Part shown: positions 52,124-64,000 of the stretch, one piece after another | Position numbering within the stretch: position 1 is the first letter of the stretch | How the letters are laid out: the number at the start of each line of letters is the position of its first letter | Assembly: GCF_001194135.2 (NCBI RefSeq) | Contig: NC_068986.1 | Coordinates: forward strand, 73,295,901-73,359,900 | DNA length: 64,000 nt | Reading direction: 5' to 3' | From: Octopus bimaculoides | Lineage: Eukaryota | Position numbers and translations under genes: made by a program | Notes under the pieces: generated by a model | Told to the model about the DNA's origin: nothing | Database searches by the model: none | What the model saw: the letters and a program-made list of their open reading frames with translations, nothing else

Positions 52124-52470
52124 TTGTTGGCACTCCGTTGCTTACGACGTTGAGGGTTCCAGTTGATCCGATCAACGGAACAGCCTGCTCGTGAAATTAA
52201 TGTGCAAGTGGCTGAGCACTCCACAGACACATGTACCCTTAACGTAGTTCTCGGGGATATTCAGCGTGACACAGTGTGACAAGGCTGACCCTTTGAATTA
52301 CAGGCACAACAGAAACAGGAAGTAAGAGTGAGAGAAAGTTGTGGTGGAGCCTCGTGGAGCTTTAGGTGTTTTCGCTCAATAAACACTCACAACGCCCTGT
52401 CTGGGAATCGAAACCGCGATCCTATGACCGCGAGTCCGCTGCCCTCACTACTGGGCCATTGCGCCTCCAC
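52124..52470 (-). mobile_element. SINE family C, young, internally deleted
   Basis: 12-bp TSD AGAATTGAACAT at 52112-52123 and 52471-52482; lacks one internal segment present in the 40254 copy. Confidence 0.92.
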
Positions 52471-53406
52471 AGAATTGAACATAACACTGCAAATTAATAC
52501 TGTACAAAGGAGACAGTCTCTATATGTTCACCTGACCTGACAGAAACAGCAGCCAAACCTCCCTCAATTTATACCTTAACATTTTAAAAAAGAAGATACA
52601 TTAGACAATGTAGTTCTGAATGTATAAGAAAATGGGATGCTTATGGATGGGATATCTTTGATTATAGATCTGTTTGATCAGAGGTGACCTGGAGCTAACC
52701 ATTACATCTAAATAGACTGAATCATCTTGGGAATTAATGTCTTAACCACATACAACAGCACAGTGCCAATACTGTGATTTGAATGTCTCAACCTTTCACT
52801 TGTCCATTACCTGTCATCTGTTTCCCCTCTAAGTAATTGTCCCATGTCTTATTATACATGGACATTTGGTCTAGTAATATGCAGATTTTACACAGAAGAG
52901 GAAATAAACTTGTATTCAGTTCTCATAATCTCAAGAGATTTTATTGACTTAAATGCAACAACCTTTGTAATAGAGAGAGCAGGTTATGGAGAAAATAAAA
53001 GTCTGAGATTGGTTGAAAAATTCAAGAAAGTGTCATTGATTAAGTGAATTGGTGCTATTTGCTGTTCATTGTAGTGTTAAAGACATCGATATAATGTTGT
53101 CAGTCAAGACTGACTTTTGTGTTGTATTTAATGTTTCGGCAGAAAATATCTCATTCAGTCAATAATTTAAGCTTTAGATTTCCAAACCATTTCCAAACAG
53201 AAATTACTAATTTGATTGGCTGCTTAAAAATATTGTCTGTATTACTATTGACAGAAGAGATCGAATCTTAGAGGAAGTAGATATGGTGGTATTTTTGTTT
53301 TTCCAATCACATGGTTGGTAGTTTGCAACCCAACACCAACACCACACCATGTCTGTCTCAAAGACAACAACTTTCAATGACCTTGTTTTATGAGGTTTAT
53401 CATATT

Positions 53407-53465
53407 CAGGGCCAGATTAAGACCCATAGAGGCCCTAAGCACTTAAAAGATTTTGGTGTCTCTCA
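53407..53465. mobile_element. hAT/Tip100-like terminal fragment
   Basis: CAGGGCCAGATTAAG..GAGGCCCTAAGCAC end motif; no partner TIR seen. Confidence 0.35.
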
Positions 53466-53469
53466 CCCC

Positions 53470-53657
53470 ATCATCATCATCATCATCATCATCATCATTG
53501 TTTAACGTCTGCTTTCCATGCTAGCATGGGTTGGACGATTTGACTGAGGACTGGAAAGCCAGAAGGCTGCACCAGGCTCCAATCTGATCTGGCAGAGTTT
53601 CTACAGCTGGATGCCCTTCCTAACACCAACCACTCAGAGAGTGTAGTGGGTGCTCAT
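53470..53657 (-). mobile_element. Family E LINE-tail repeat
   Basis: Near-exact revcomp of the 44760-44930 sequence, with a (CAT)n tail. Confidence 0.82.
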
Positions 53658-54045
53658 ATATATATATATATATATATATATAAGATAAGATTCAAGTATC
53701 AAGGTGTAGAAAGATAGTTTCGAGCAGTCCATTGAAGACAACCTTCAGGAACAATACTGGTTTATTGACATAGAAAGTTGTAAGATTTTCCAGTATCAAA
53801 ATTCAATAGACTAAAGGTGCCATGCAGTGGGACTGAACCCAGAACCATGTGGTTGGGAAGCAAACTTTTTACCACACAGCTACACCTAATTTCCACACCA
53901 AATTAAGCGAACAAGTTTGTTTGACTTACAAGAAATTGTTGCCAAATCTCCCTTGAAAATTACAACTTTACACTTAAAAAAGAAAGATGTCCTTGATATA
54001 CAAAATGATGAGAGGATCTCAGCGGAGATGCCTTTGATCTAGGTA

Positions 54046-54219
54046 CAAGCATGTTTGTGTGGTTAAGAAGGTCACATCCTAACCACATGATTCTGGAATC
54101 TGTCTTACAGCTTGGCACTTGGGTGTGTGCCTTCTACTATAGCCCCAGGCTGACCAATGCTTTATGAGTGGATTTGGTAGAAGAAAACTGTGTGGATGTC
54201 TGTTGTATGTATGTGTGTA

Positions 54220-54279
<60 letters not shown>

Positions 54280-54490
54280 AATGTGTGTGTGTGTTTTGTT
54301 TGTGTTGGTCTTCTCTGCCCCATTACTTGATAAAACTAGTATTGGTTTGTTCATGTCCTTGTAACCTAGAAACTCAGCAAAAGAGACCGATAGAATAAGT
54401 ACTGGGGTTCATTCGTTTAACTAAACCCTTCAAGGCAGTGCCCCAACATGGCCACAGTTCAATGGCTGAAACAAGTAAGATATGAAATAT
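54046..54490 (+). mobile_element. SINE family A, diverged
   Basis: Head, internal (TA)n, tail. Confidence 0.8.
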
Positions 54491-55069
54491 AAAAGACAAA
54501 GGACACCATCCAGTTTTCTTCAGTCTGTAAGACATGGAAGAGCGTTCTGAATCTTATGCAGAAGACCTTCGCATAAAGATTTTTATTGGATAATATGTAA
54601 TTACTTAATTGGTAGAAGCTGTCACCAGACAAAAGTATGGGACTAGATTACATTCTAAAAGATTATTGATAAAAAGATTATTTATAAAAGATTATAGATG
54701 ACTAAGTTGCACCTCCAGGTAATATTCAGGAAAATATTACAATATCATTAAATATCATCAAATTCACTGAATGTTGAAAACTTTTTCTTGATATGTATGT
54801 GTGTATTAGATAATTCACTGATACACATTTACACAGGCACTCATGTGTGTAAATATATGTGTGTGTGTGTATATATATATATATACTTTATTTAAAAGCA
54901 GCAGAAATATAACAAAAAACTGTTACTCGGAGTTTCACGTTCCCGTTCATCGGACAGTTTTGTTATATTTTTGTTATATTTCTGCTACTTTTAAATAAAG
55001 CATATTACTCTACCTCTGGTATTTGAGTACTCATTTTTCCACCTTGTTGCACATTTATGTGCTTACTCT

Positions 55070-55101
<32 letters not shown>

Positions 55102-55106
<5 letters not shown>

Positions 55107-56030
55107 GATCATCCCATGAATAATGCGGTTTTTTCAATTGCATGAATTAAAAGATGGAGGGGGACAGTATAAACTACCTGCATCAACTTGCTATAAAAGC
55201 AGGTAGTAATTTCACCTTGTCCTTATTCTTAATGCAAGTTTTGAAGAGTGTAATTCGAATTTAGCAGTTATTTTTTCAAAGCTATAATGGAAGTGACAAA
55301 GGTGCATATTCAGCATATTTTGCTTCATGAATTCAATAAAGGCAACAAGGCAACAGAAAGTACAAGGATTATTAATGCAGTATATGAGGATCAGACAATA
55401 AGCATAAGCCAGTGTCAATGGTGATTCCAGAAATTCCAAGCTGGAAACTACAGCCTAGAAGATGAGCCTTGTCCTGGAAGATTTGCAGAGCTCAACAAGG
55501 ATGTCCTGCAAACCCTAGTGGTACAAAATCCCATCATAACTGTTGAGGAACTAGCAGAGAAGCTTGGATTTGGTCATTCAGCCATTCATTAACACCAGCA
55601 CTAGAAGGAAAACAACCATCGTTGGTTTCAAGATGAAAAGTATTCTTCCACCATGATAATGCTCAGCTACATATAGTGAGGATGACATTCCAAAAGCTGG
55701 AGCAGTTTGAATGGGAAATGATGCCTCACCCACCGTAATTGCCGGACATTGCCCCATCTGATTTTCATTTATTCCACAGTCTTCAAAAGCATTAGGATGG
55801 AAAAAATATGAATTCTGTAGACGAGGTCAGAACAGTACTAGAGGAGTATTTTGTGTCATGGACAAGTGAATTTTGAAAGAGGAGCCTTGCAAGTTTACCA
55901 GATAGATGGAAGAGCATTGTAGAAAATGAAGGAGAGTATATTTTAGATTAAAAAAGAACTTTGTTTATCTTAATTTTAAAAAATTAAAGAAGTATAAAAA
56001 ACTGCATTATTTATGAGATGACTCACTATA
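55102..56030 (+). mobile_element. Internally deleted mariner transposon (transposase pseudogene about 55287-55951)
   Basis: TIR TAGTGGATCATCCCATGAATAATGC / GCATTATTTATGAGATGACTCACTA; remnants LLHEFNKG..CQW*FQKF..SLEDEP, FHHDNA, HPP*LPDIAPSDFHLF, LPDRW..IVENEGEY. Confidence 0.92.
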
Positions 56031-56089
56031 TACATACATACATACATATATGTATGCAAATGTTTGTATATATGTATGTCTGTCCATCT

Positions 56090-56210
<121 letters not shown>

Positions 56211-56309
56211 ATTGAATTTTCTATCATGGGTCAGTACATTATATATATATATATAGATATATATATATATATATATGTCCCCTGCATCCCTCCTCAGTTG
56301 AGCATTCCT

Positions 56310-56552
56310 AATCTTGTGGGCTCATGGGTGCTGGTGCCACATAAAAGTACCCGTGCCAGAGCTGTGTAAAAGCACACAGTACACTCTGTAAAAATTGGTT
56401 GCTGTTAGGAAGGGCATCCGGCCATAGAAACCATTACAAAACAGACATGGAGCCCGAGCAGACTTCAACTGGCTGGTTCCTGTCAAACTGTCCAACCCAC
56501 GCCAGCATGGAAAACAGACGTTAAATGATGACAATGATGATGATGATGATAT
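56310..56552 (+). mobile_element. Family E LINE-tail repeat
   Basis: TTAGGAAGGGCATCCGGCCATAG...GACGTTAAATGATGAC(GAT)n. Confidence 0.8.
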
Positions 56553-56907
56553 AGCATACTGTCTAAGCGTGTGGTAAATAACATGTAATTGATGGTGTTA
56601 AAACCAAAGCAGTCTTGATCCTGTCAAGCTGCTTTCCATTTATATGATTGGATAATCGTTGGGCTTTATCGACTCGGCTCACTGAAGTTATTGTTATGAA
56701 TTATGATTCATAATATGAAATATGAACCACGAGTGTAAATTAATTTCTATATTTAAACTACGGTAGGGCCATTGACACAATAGATGTATATCAATGAGAA
56801 AGAGTGTAATCAGTGACTGCTGTTTATTCCATTCAGTTAAAATCTAAAATCTATGAATGAATGAATGACATATGGAAAAGAAAACCAGAGATGAGTAATC
56901 AACTTAC

Positions 56908-56941
56908 CCACTTTGGAACTTTTTCCATATGTTCTTTGTGT
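56908..56941 (-). CDS. Possible 34-nt internal exon
   Basis: CAG acceptor and consensus donor G|GTAAGT; two open frames (TKNIWKKFQS or HKEHMEKVPKW). Confidence 0.25.
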
Positions 56942-56953
56942 CTGCATTTACAC

Positions 56954-56994
<41 letters not shown>

Positions 56995-57319
56995 TTTTTC
57001 TTCTACTGCAAAAACTCTTTTAGCTGCATCACATATACAAATAATGTATACACTGAAACCTTTTTCTCACATGTTACTTTGAATCTTTCAGATAATGAAA
57101 GGCACAAAGTAACATGTGATCCTTTTTTCTTTTTCCCTTCTCTCCCCTTTATTTGTATTATGCATGTCAAAATTATCTTGTGAATACATACACCAATATA
57201 GTTTCAGTAAGATTATAATATGAAAACATTTATGTGTAAATGTATTTTTTTTCTATTCTCTTATATATAAAAACAGAGAATAATACCCTTATGTTAAAAA
57301 GTTAAACTTGTTTTATTTA

Positions 57320-57358
<39 letters not shown>

Positions 57359-57648
57359 TTAATGCATTTTCAACCTTCTATTACTATATTTCCTACGTAT
57401 ATAAATTTATACTTTTTTATTGTTAACTAGTATATTCCTGGTTATGGCATACAATCAGTCAGAAAGTTGGCGTTGGTTTTGCATCTAAAATTGTACCAGG
57501 CAATGTAGACAACTCATCAAACCTGTTGGCCAGAAACACACAGCCTCTTGACCAACATATATATATATATGTATGTGTGTGTGTATATATATATACACTT
57601 TTGGTGTGAATGTTTTTTATATGCCAGTTTTTACAATTCTGTAAATAA

Positions 57649-58073
57649 TAATAATGGTATTCTTATATAAGCTTACAGCTTATGCTGATCACCGTGCAAT
57701 AACTAAAGAAAATAGTCTAATAAAGGGGCATATAAGCCCCCCGACAGAAAAAAGAAGGCTTTCTGCATGGGAGTCGAACCCACATACCTTTGTTAATGCA
57801 ACTGTGTTACCTTTACACCAGTGAATCAGCCTCCCTTTTCCTGTTAAATTTAAGAACTATAATAATTTGTGCTTGTTTTTTTATATGTAAACAAACTTTC
57901 TATATACTTTTGGTGCAAATGTTTTTTTATATGGTGCCACTTTTATGGCGATGTGGGTTCAACTTCCACACGGATAAGAAAACCTTTTTTCTGCCTCTCT
58001 ATTAGACTATTTTCTTTAGTCATTGCATGGTGATCGCCATAAGCTTTAAGGTTATATAAAAATGCCATTATTA
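57649..58073. mobile_element. Palindromic element with long TIRs and tRNA-like internal motifs
   Basis: Arms TAATAATGGTATT..GATCACCGTGCAATAACTAAAGAAAATAGTCTAATA and their revcomp at the right end; B-box-like GTGGGTTC(G/A)ACT in both arms. Confidence 0.78.
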
Positions 58074-58164
58074 ATATATATATATATATATACACAATGC
58101 CCCCTTCATTTCTCCCTCCAATTCCACCTCCAATGGCCCTTCCTCTCTCAAAATTCCTTGTTTT

Positions 58165-58372
58165 GCAAGTTACTTGGTAACCCCACTGGTGTTGGTGTCA
58201 TGTAAAAAGCATCCAGTTCACACTGTAAAGTGGTTGGCATTTGGAAGGGCATCCAGCCATAAAAACCAAGCCAAAATAGACAGTAGCCTGGGTTAGTCTT
58301 CTACCTGGCTGGCTTCCGTCAAACTGCTCAACCCATGCCTGTATGGAAGGTGGATGTTAAATGATGATGATG
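58165..58372 (+). mobile_element. Family E LINE-tail repeat
   Basis: GGTTGGCATTTGGAAGGGCATCCAGCC..GTTAAATGATGATGATG. Confidence 0.78.
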
Positions 58373-58382
58373 AATATGGTTC

Positions 58383-58688
58383 AGGTGTGTGGCTATGTGG
58401 AAAGAAGCTTGTTTTCCATCCACATGGTCCTGAGTTCAGTCCTATTGCATGGCACCTTAGGCAAGTGTTTTCTGTTGTAGCCTTGTAAGTGGATTTGGTA
58501 AACAGAAACTGAAAGATGTCTCTCATGTGTGTTTGTATATATATATGTGTGTGTGTCTTTGTGTCTGTGTTTGTCCTCCAGCTACCACTTGACAGCAAGC
58601 ACTGGGGTTGATTCCTTTGACTAAAGTTCTTTGAGGCAGTGCCCCAGCATGGCTGTAGTCTAATGACTGACACAAGTAAAAAGATAAA
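58383..58688 (+). mobile_element. SINE family A, diverged
   Basis: Head and tail motifs. Confidence 0.8.
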
Positions 58689-58964
58689 ATAGAGAAAAAA
58701 ACATATGTTCTAGATTTAAGGTTTGTAAAAGCTTTATACTTTTTGTAAATTTACCTTGTAATAACGACAAGTGTGTTGCAGTATTTAAATATATAGTTGT
58801 TAAGTACAGTTTATACTTCATTTGGTCCATATATCGATGAAGCTTTTTGACATTGTTAAACCTCTGTACTAAAAAATATTTGGCCATTATATATTTATGT
58901 TATTTAACTCAATTAATTTTTGAAAATAAAGAATTTCATAAAATAACTGTCATTATTAAGGTGA

Positions 58965-59378
58965 TGATGTAAAGTAGTAAGCTAGCAAAATCGTTAGCAC
59001 GCTGGACAAAATGCTTAGTGGCATTTCGCCCTTCACTATGTTCTGAGTTTAAAAATTCTGCTGAGATCAACTTTGCTTTCATCCTTTCAGGGTTGATAAA
59101 ATAAGTACCAGTTGAGTTCTTGGGCTGATGTGATCGACTGTCACCTCCCCCAAATTTCAGGTCTTGTGCTTAAAGTAGAAAGGGTTATTAAGGTGAGCTG
59201 ATAGAATTGTTAGCACACTGGGCAAAATGGTTAGTGGTATTTTGTCCGTCTTTCTGTTCTGAGTTCAAACTCTACTGAGGTCGACTTAGCCTTTCTTCCT
59301 TTTGGGATAAAATAAGTACCAGTTGAGCACTGGGATTGATGTAATCGACTTACCCACTCCCTGAAGCTGCTGGCCTTA
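58965..59378 (+). mobile_element. Two tandem family B SINEs
   Basis: Two (A)AAATCGTTAGCAC/GAATTGTTAGCAC..GATAAAATAAGTACCAGTTGAG units. Confidence 0.85.
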
Positions 59379-60690
59379 TTATGCTGATGTATGAAACATA
59401 GATTAAAATGAAATGTCGTTGGAAGGTTCTAATTTAGATAAATTTAAAACAAAATGTTTATACTATGGAATCATGGGTAGTTTTGGGCAGGTTGATATCA
59501 AAAGGGTTACCATTGACTTCACTCAGTTAACATCACAGATATTTGACTTCAAAATCATACAGTCAAGTATTTGTTTGAATACTTATAGCCATAGTCTTCT
59601 TTTCCAGCCTTTTACTAACTTCATCCAACTTAATAATACACAGCTTATTTTTAGAAGTTGGTCCAAAGAATTCATGAGGAGAATGTCACACACCACTAAA
59701 TATAAAATTGACTTTTGATTGTGTAACAACAGAGCAGGATAATTCTCCATGAAGCACCAAAACTCTGACATGAATCAGTAGTGTGGCCATCTGGACTGAG
59801 TTATGTATCACTGCTCTAACTATATTTCTCAACCTGAGATGTTGTCTTTCATATTTTCTTTCCTACCTGTTAAGTTTCCCTCTGTCATTTCTTGACTCAC
59901 CCTTCTTTTAAATTCACTTATTCACTCCACTACTCCATTCAGATGAATTTCTACTCTCTTTCTCTTCTTTCTATTTCCCACCACTTTTAATCATGCCTTT
60001 TAATTCTTACAACAATGGGGTCCCTACACAGTTGTTTCAACCTGGTAGTGATAGCTGCCAAACCTCTTTTAAAGCCACATCCCAAGTTTTTTCAAAAAAG
60101 AAAAAAAAGTAATGTGGTGTAGTCCTAGGTATGCCTGAGAAGACAAAAGGGTCACAGCTGGAATGCTTTTGATCATAAATTTGCTCCATTAGGGCTGGCC
60201 TGGAGTTAACAATATTCAGCAGTTCTTTACTCCCCTCTTTACCTGTTCCATTGCATTCTTTGTCATGTCAAACCACACCATACCACACACACCAAATCAC
60301 ATCATGCCACCATTTGCTCCGCTCTATTTACTTTTTCATTAACACCAGTTGTTCACACCTACTTCCGTAACCGTTAAACATCTAACAATAACCCTCACCT
60401 CACAGACACACACCAGAGAATGGTTGCTTGTTGTGACAGACAGATTGCAGATAATCAGTAGTATCTATCATTTAAGTGACCCTGGCTTGATTATCCAGGT
60501 GAAACCCTGCAGCCAATAAACCAAATGACTTCATTAAAAAGGAAAATCAGTATTAGCTGATTACAATCATTTCTAATTTTGGCACAAAGCCACCACTTTT
60601 AAGGGAATACAGCTTGTTTATAACAGAACCTTCTTGTATTTGATTGGTTCTTTATTTTATCAATTCCAAAAGAATGGCAGGCGAAGTTGG

Positions 60691-60970
60691 CCTTGCCCAC
60701 ACTTGAAGCTACAAAATAAAGAAATACTACAAGACACTACCTCCCCACCCCCTGACACTCTAATGATTTTGCCATCTTGGAATAATCCATTTAGAATACA
60801 TCTATACTGTTATATTGCTTTATTTTGTAATAATGTTATTATACATTCTTCCAGAGTATAGATGTATTTTAAAGAGGTTATTCCAAGATGGCAAAATCAT
60901 TAGGGTGTCAGTGAAAGGGGTAATGTCTTGCAATAATTCTTTGATTTTGTCACTTCAAATCCAGGCAAGG
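60691..60970. repeat. Inverted repeat, arms 60691-60808 and 60855-60970
   Basis: CTGACACTCTAATGATTTTGCCATCTTGGAATAA..AATACATCTATACT and its revcomp. Confidence 0.85.
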
Positions 60971-61259
60971 TTAATTCTCTCAGTAAGGGTTGTAGAACCA
61001 TCATAGTTGAGAAGGAGAGGAAAGGAAGATTCTGAAAAATTGGTGGAGATTGGCAAAGGACTAAAATAATCAGATGCAGTTTCAGACTGTAGAGGTCTTA
61101 CAGATCATGTGATGAATGTGGAGTCATCCGTTATGGTTTGGATGAGGATATTGGAGGAATTGAATTGGTTAAGAGCTGTCAAGCTTGTAAGTTCTATAGG
61201 CTGTGATTTTTACCTGAACTTTGCACATAAAAGAATGACTAGCATTTGATCTGCCTGAA

Positions 61260-61480
61260 CCTTCTCACATTCAGATTACTTCATCAAATGTAAAGCTTAT
61301 TCATTCATGTTGTTTTGAATTAATCATGCATTATCTCATAGCTTCAAGATTTCGATGATTTGATTGTTTAGTTTTAGAATGACTTTGCAGGGGAGATGCG
61401 AGAGGCCAGGTCTGATCAGTTTTGAACATAATGCAGGTTGAATATTTGGGCTGGATGTGGCCAATTTAAATGATAAAGGA
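61260..61480. mobile_element. piggyBac-type MITE
   Basis: TGAA-CCTT..CATTCAGATTAC left end, AATGATAAAGGA-TTAA right end; homologous to 42420-42837 minus its nested insert. Confidence 0.75.
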
Positions 61481-61534
61481 TTAAGGCAGTTGGCTCTCAT
61501 TGTTTCTTATATCTGAAGGGCCACAAGTTGACAG

Positions 61535-61720
61535 AATTATTACTGTGGTGGATGAAATGTTTAGCAGTATTTCTTCCAGCTCTTTATGTTCTGAGTTCAA
61601 ATGCCACTGAAATCAACATTGCCTTTCATCCTTTCAGGTTTTGATAAAATAAGTACCAGTTGAGACTCAGGTCGAATAAATCAGCTTCTTCCTCCCTTCA
61701 AAATTGCTGGTCTTATGTCG
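61535..61720 (+). mobile_element. SINE family B
   Basis: TTCTGAGTTCAAAT..GCCTTTCATCCTTTC..GATAAAATAAGTACCAG. Confidence 0.78.
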
Positions 61721-62261
61721 AAATTAGAAAGAAATGTTTCCTACAGCTGTGTGATTGAGTGAGGCTGTGGCGATGGAAACAATTTTAGCCTTGGCTTAAC
61801 TGATGATGATGATGATGGTGATGATGACAGGATAATGATGACGAATGTGATGATTGGAGACATTGATGATGATGATGATGACAGTAATGTTGTCAATACT
61901 TGCTGATAACAGTTCTAGCCATCACAGTAATAATAGGTAAACTAAAAATAAAATAAGACAAAAAGTTTATTGCCAATGGCCAAAATGGTATTGACAACAA
62001 TTAGAACCAAAAAAAAAAGAAACAAATGAAAACTGGTCAAAGAAAGGAAAAAATTAAAAAAGCAAAATTAAAAAATAGTGAAGTGTAAAACATAAAAATG
62101 GCATACAAATATCAATAATGTCCAGTCTCTTGGAACTCATTGAAAATGGTGAGAACTATTGCCAGATTTAAGATTACTCCTACTTAAGTATTTTTTAACA
62201 TGTTAAGCATTTCTTTATATCATTGAAAAGAAATCCATTGTTGAAACTCAGAGAGAAGGCA

Positions 62262-62264
<3 letters not shown>

Positions 62265-62330
<66 letters not shown>
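62265..62330. repeat. (GA)n microsatellite
   Basis: Directly visible. Confidence 0.97.
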
Positions 62331-62334
<4 letters not shown>

Positions 62335-62789
62335 AGAAGGAGAGAGAGATAGAAAAGTAAGGAGTTGGTGTTTATTAATAGCCATAATTTTAAAATGTTG
62401 CATTTCTTCAGGTTGTTTGGTTAGGAAGGAAGGAGAAAGCAAGAAGGTAAATGCGATATTTTGATGCTTCAGACAAGAATGGCCATGTGATTCTAGACAT
62501 CTGTGCCATAAAAACAAACAAACAAACAAAAAGAGCTGACCATTTGGTGTTTTGTAGATCAGTAGACAGAGCCACGTATATATACATACACATACTATTT
62601 GTAGAAACAATAGAATACTGAACACTATTTCAGGTTCAAATCTCAGTAGGGTTGACTTTACAATTTCTCTGGTCAGGATCAATGACATAAGTACCAGTAA
62701 TATTCCTGGCAGATTGAATCAGCTATAGCCCCTTCCTACAAAAAAATTAAATTGTTGTCCCTATTAAATACTTATAGCAGTGTATATAA

Positions 62790-63250
62790 ATTCCAGGTGC
62801 CACATAAGAAGCACCTGTGCCAGTGCCATGTAAAAAGCACCCAACACACTCTGTATAATGGTTGGCATTAGGAAGGGCATCCTGTCATAGAAACCATGCC
62901 AAAACAGACAAATGGAGTTGGGCAGCTCTCCAGCTGGTCAGCTCCTGTCAAACTATCTGACCCATGCTAGCATGGAAAATGGACGTTAAATGATGATAAT
63001 TTGAAATTTAAAATATCACTTAGTTCTGAACCCTTTTCACGTGCCGATGCCATGTAAAAAGCACCCAGCATACTCTGTAAAGTGGTTGGTATTAAGAAGG
63101 GCATCCAACTGTAGAAACTTTGCCAAAACAGACATTAGAAAGCTGGGCAGCTCTCCGGCTGACCAGCTTCTGTGAAATCATCCAAACCATGCCAGTATGG
63201 AAAACAGACGTTAAATGATTTGAAATTTAGAATATCACTTAGTTGGGAAC
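62790..63250 (+). mobile_element. Two tandem family E repeats with duplicated 3' flank
   Basis: Both end GACGTTAAATGAT..TTTGAAATTTA(A/G)AATATCACTTAGTT. Confidence 0.8.
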
Positions 63251-63349
63251 TCTTTTGATATCTGTCTCAGACAACTCCTAGTTCTATGAAAACAAATTTC
63301 CTGTTTTAAAGTAATCCACCCTAAAAACATGCTGTATGATGCATCTTCT

Positions 63350-64000
63350 ATCAGTTACTTGTTTCCTTCATTCGACTGTGGCCATGCTGGGGTACTACCT
63401 CGGAGTGTTCAGTCAAGCAAATTGACTCCAATAAATATTTTAGTTTCTAAGTCTGGTTCATTGGCCAGTTTTTCTGATCTGCTAAGTCACAGGGACATAA
63501 AGAAACCAACGCCAGTTATTAAGTGGTGGAAAAGACAAACAGAAACACATGCACACATATACACATACGATGGGCTTCCACACTGTTTCCATCTATGAAG
63601 TTCACTCGCATCTTCAGTTTTACTTTAGAAAATCATGTAGTACAAACTTTTACAGATGCTTATTTCTCTGGAAACTTCACAGATATTTGTCTTTTATTAG
63701 TTTTAGTCATTAAATTGTGGCTATGCTGGAGTACCGCCTTGAAAAAGTTTTAGTCAAATGAATCTATCTCTGTACATTTTGTTTTAAGTCTGGTTCTTAT
63801 TCTATCGATCACTTTTGCCAAACTGCTAAGTTACGGGGACGTAAACACACCAACACTGGTTGTCAAGCAGTTGTGACAACAGACACACGTACACATGCAC
63901 ACATGCATGCACACACACACACACACACTTCTGTCCACAGTTTCTGTTTACCAAATCCAGCCATAAGGCTTTGGTCAGCTTCAGGCTATAGTAAAACACA
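63350..64000 (-). mobile_element. Two family A SINEs (about 63350-63602 and 63690-64000)
   Basis: Revcomp matches; the second is cut by the window end. Confidence 0.8.

Noticed and set aside
52844-53047. 67-aa ORF
   Set aside because: No motif or convincing splice signals; size compatible with chance
59413-59771. 101-aa and 62-aa ORFs, or an exon, in unique sequence
   Set aside because: No recognisable motif; the best AG/GT-bounded interval has stops in all three frames

Overview
Eukaryotic, AT-rich, repeat-dominated DNA from a short-read assembly with 7 N-gaps, almost all next to microsatellites. The SINE families look like those I recall from Octopus genomes; that assignment is from memory and was not checked against a database. 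No complete protein-coding gene, intact transposase/RT, true tRNA gene or CRISPR array is present, and nearly all ORF-track entries are microsatellite, SINE or antisense artefacts. Supported content: (1) several tRNA-derived SINE families, labelled A-D and G here, plus an old family F and a LINE-tail family E; (2) a nest of retroelement relics at 19.1-24 kb (CRE-like RLE domain, two Tx1/L1-like copies, a Penelope RT) and an RTE 3' fragment at 25.4 kb; (3) mariner, hAT and piggyBac derivatives with TIRs/TSDs; (4) a decayed 28S rRNA fragment split by a piggyBac MITE, which is itself split by a LINE-tail element; (5) several long fold-back structures; (6) a relic minimal hammerhead ribozyme. A CpG-decay transition near 36 kb and a plausible minus-strand coding exon at 48951-49138 suggest the right half lies in a methylated gene body.
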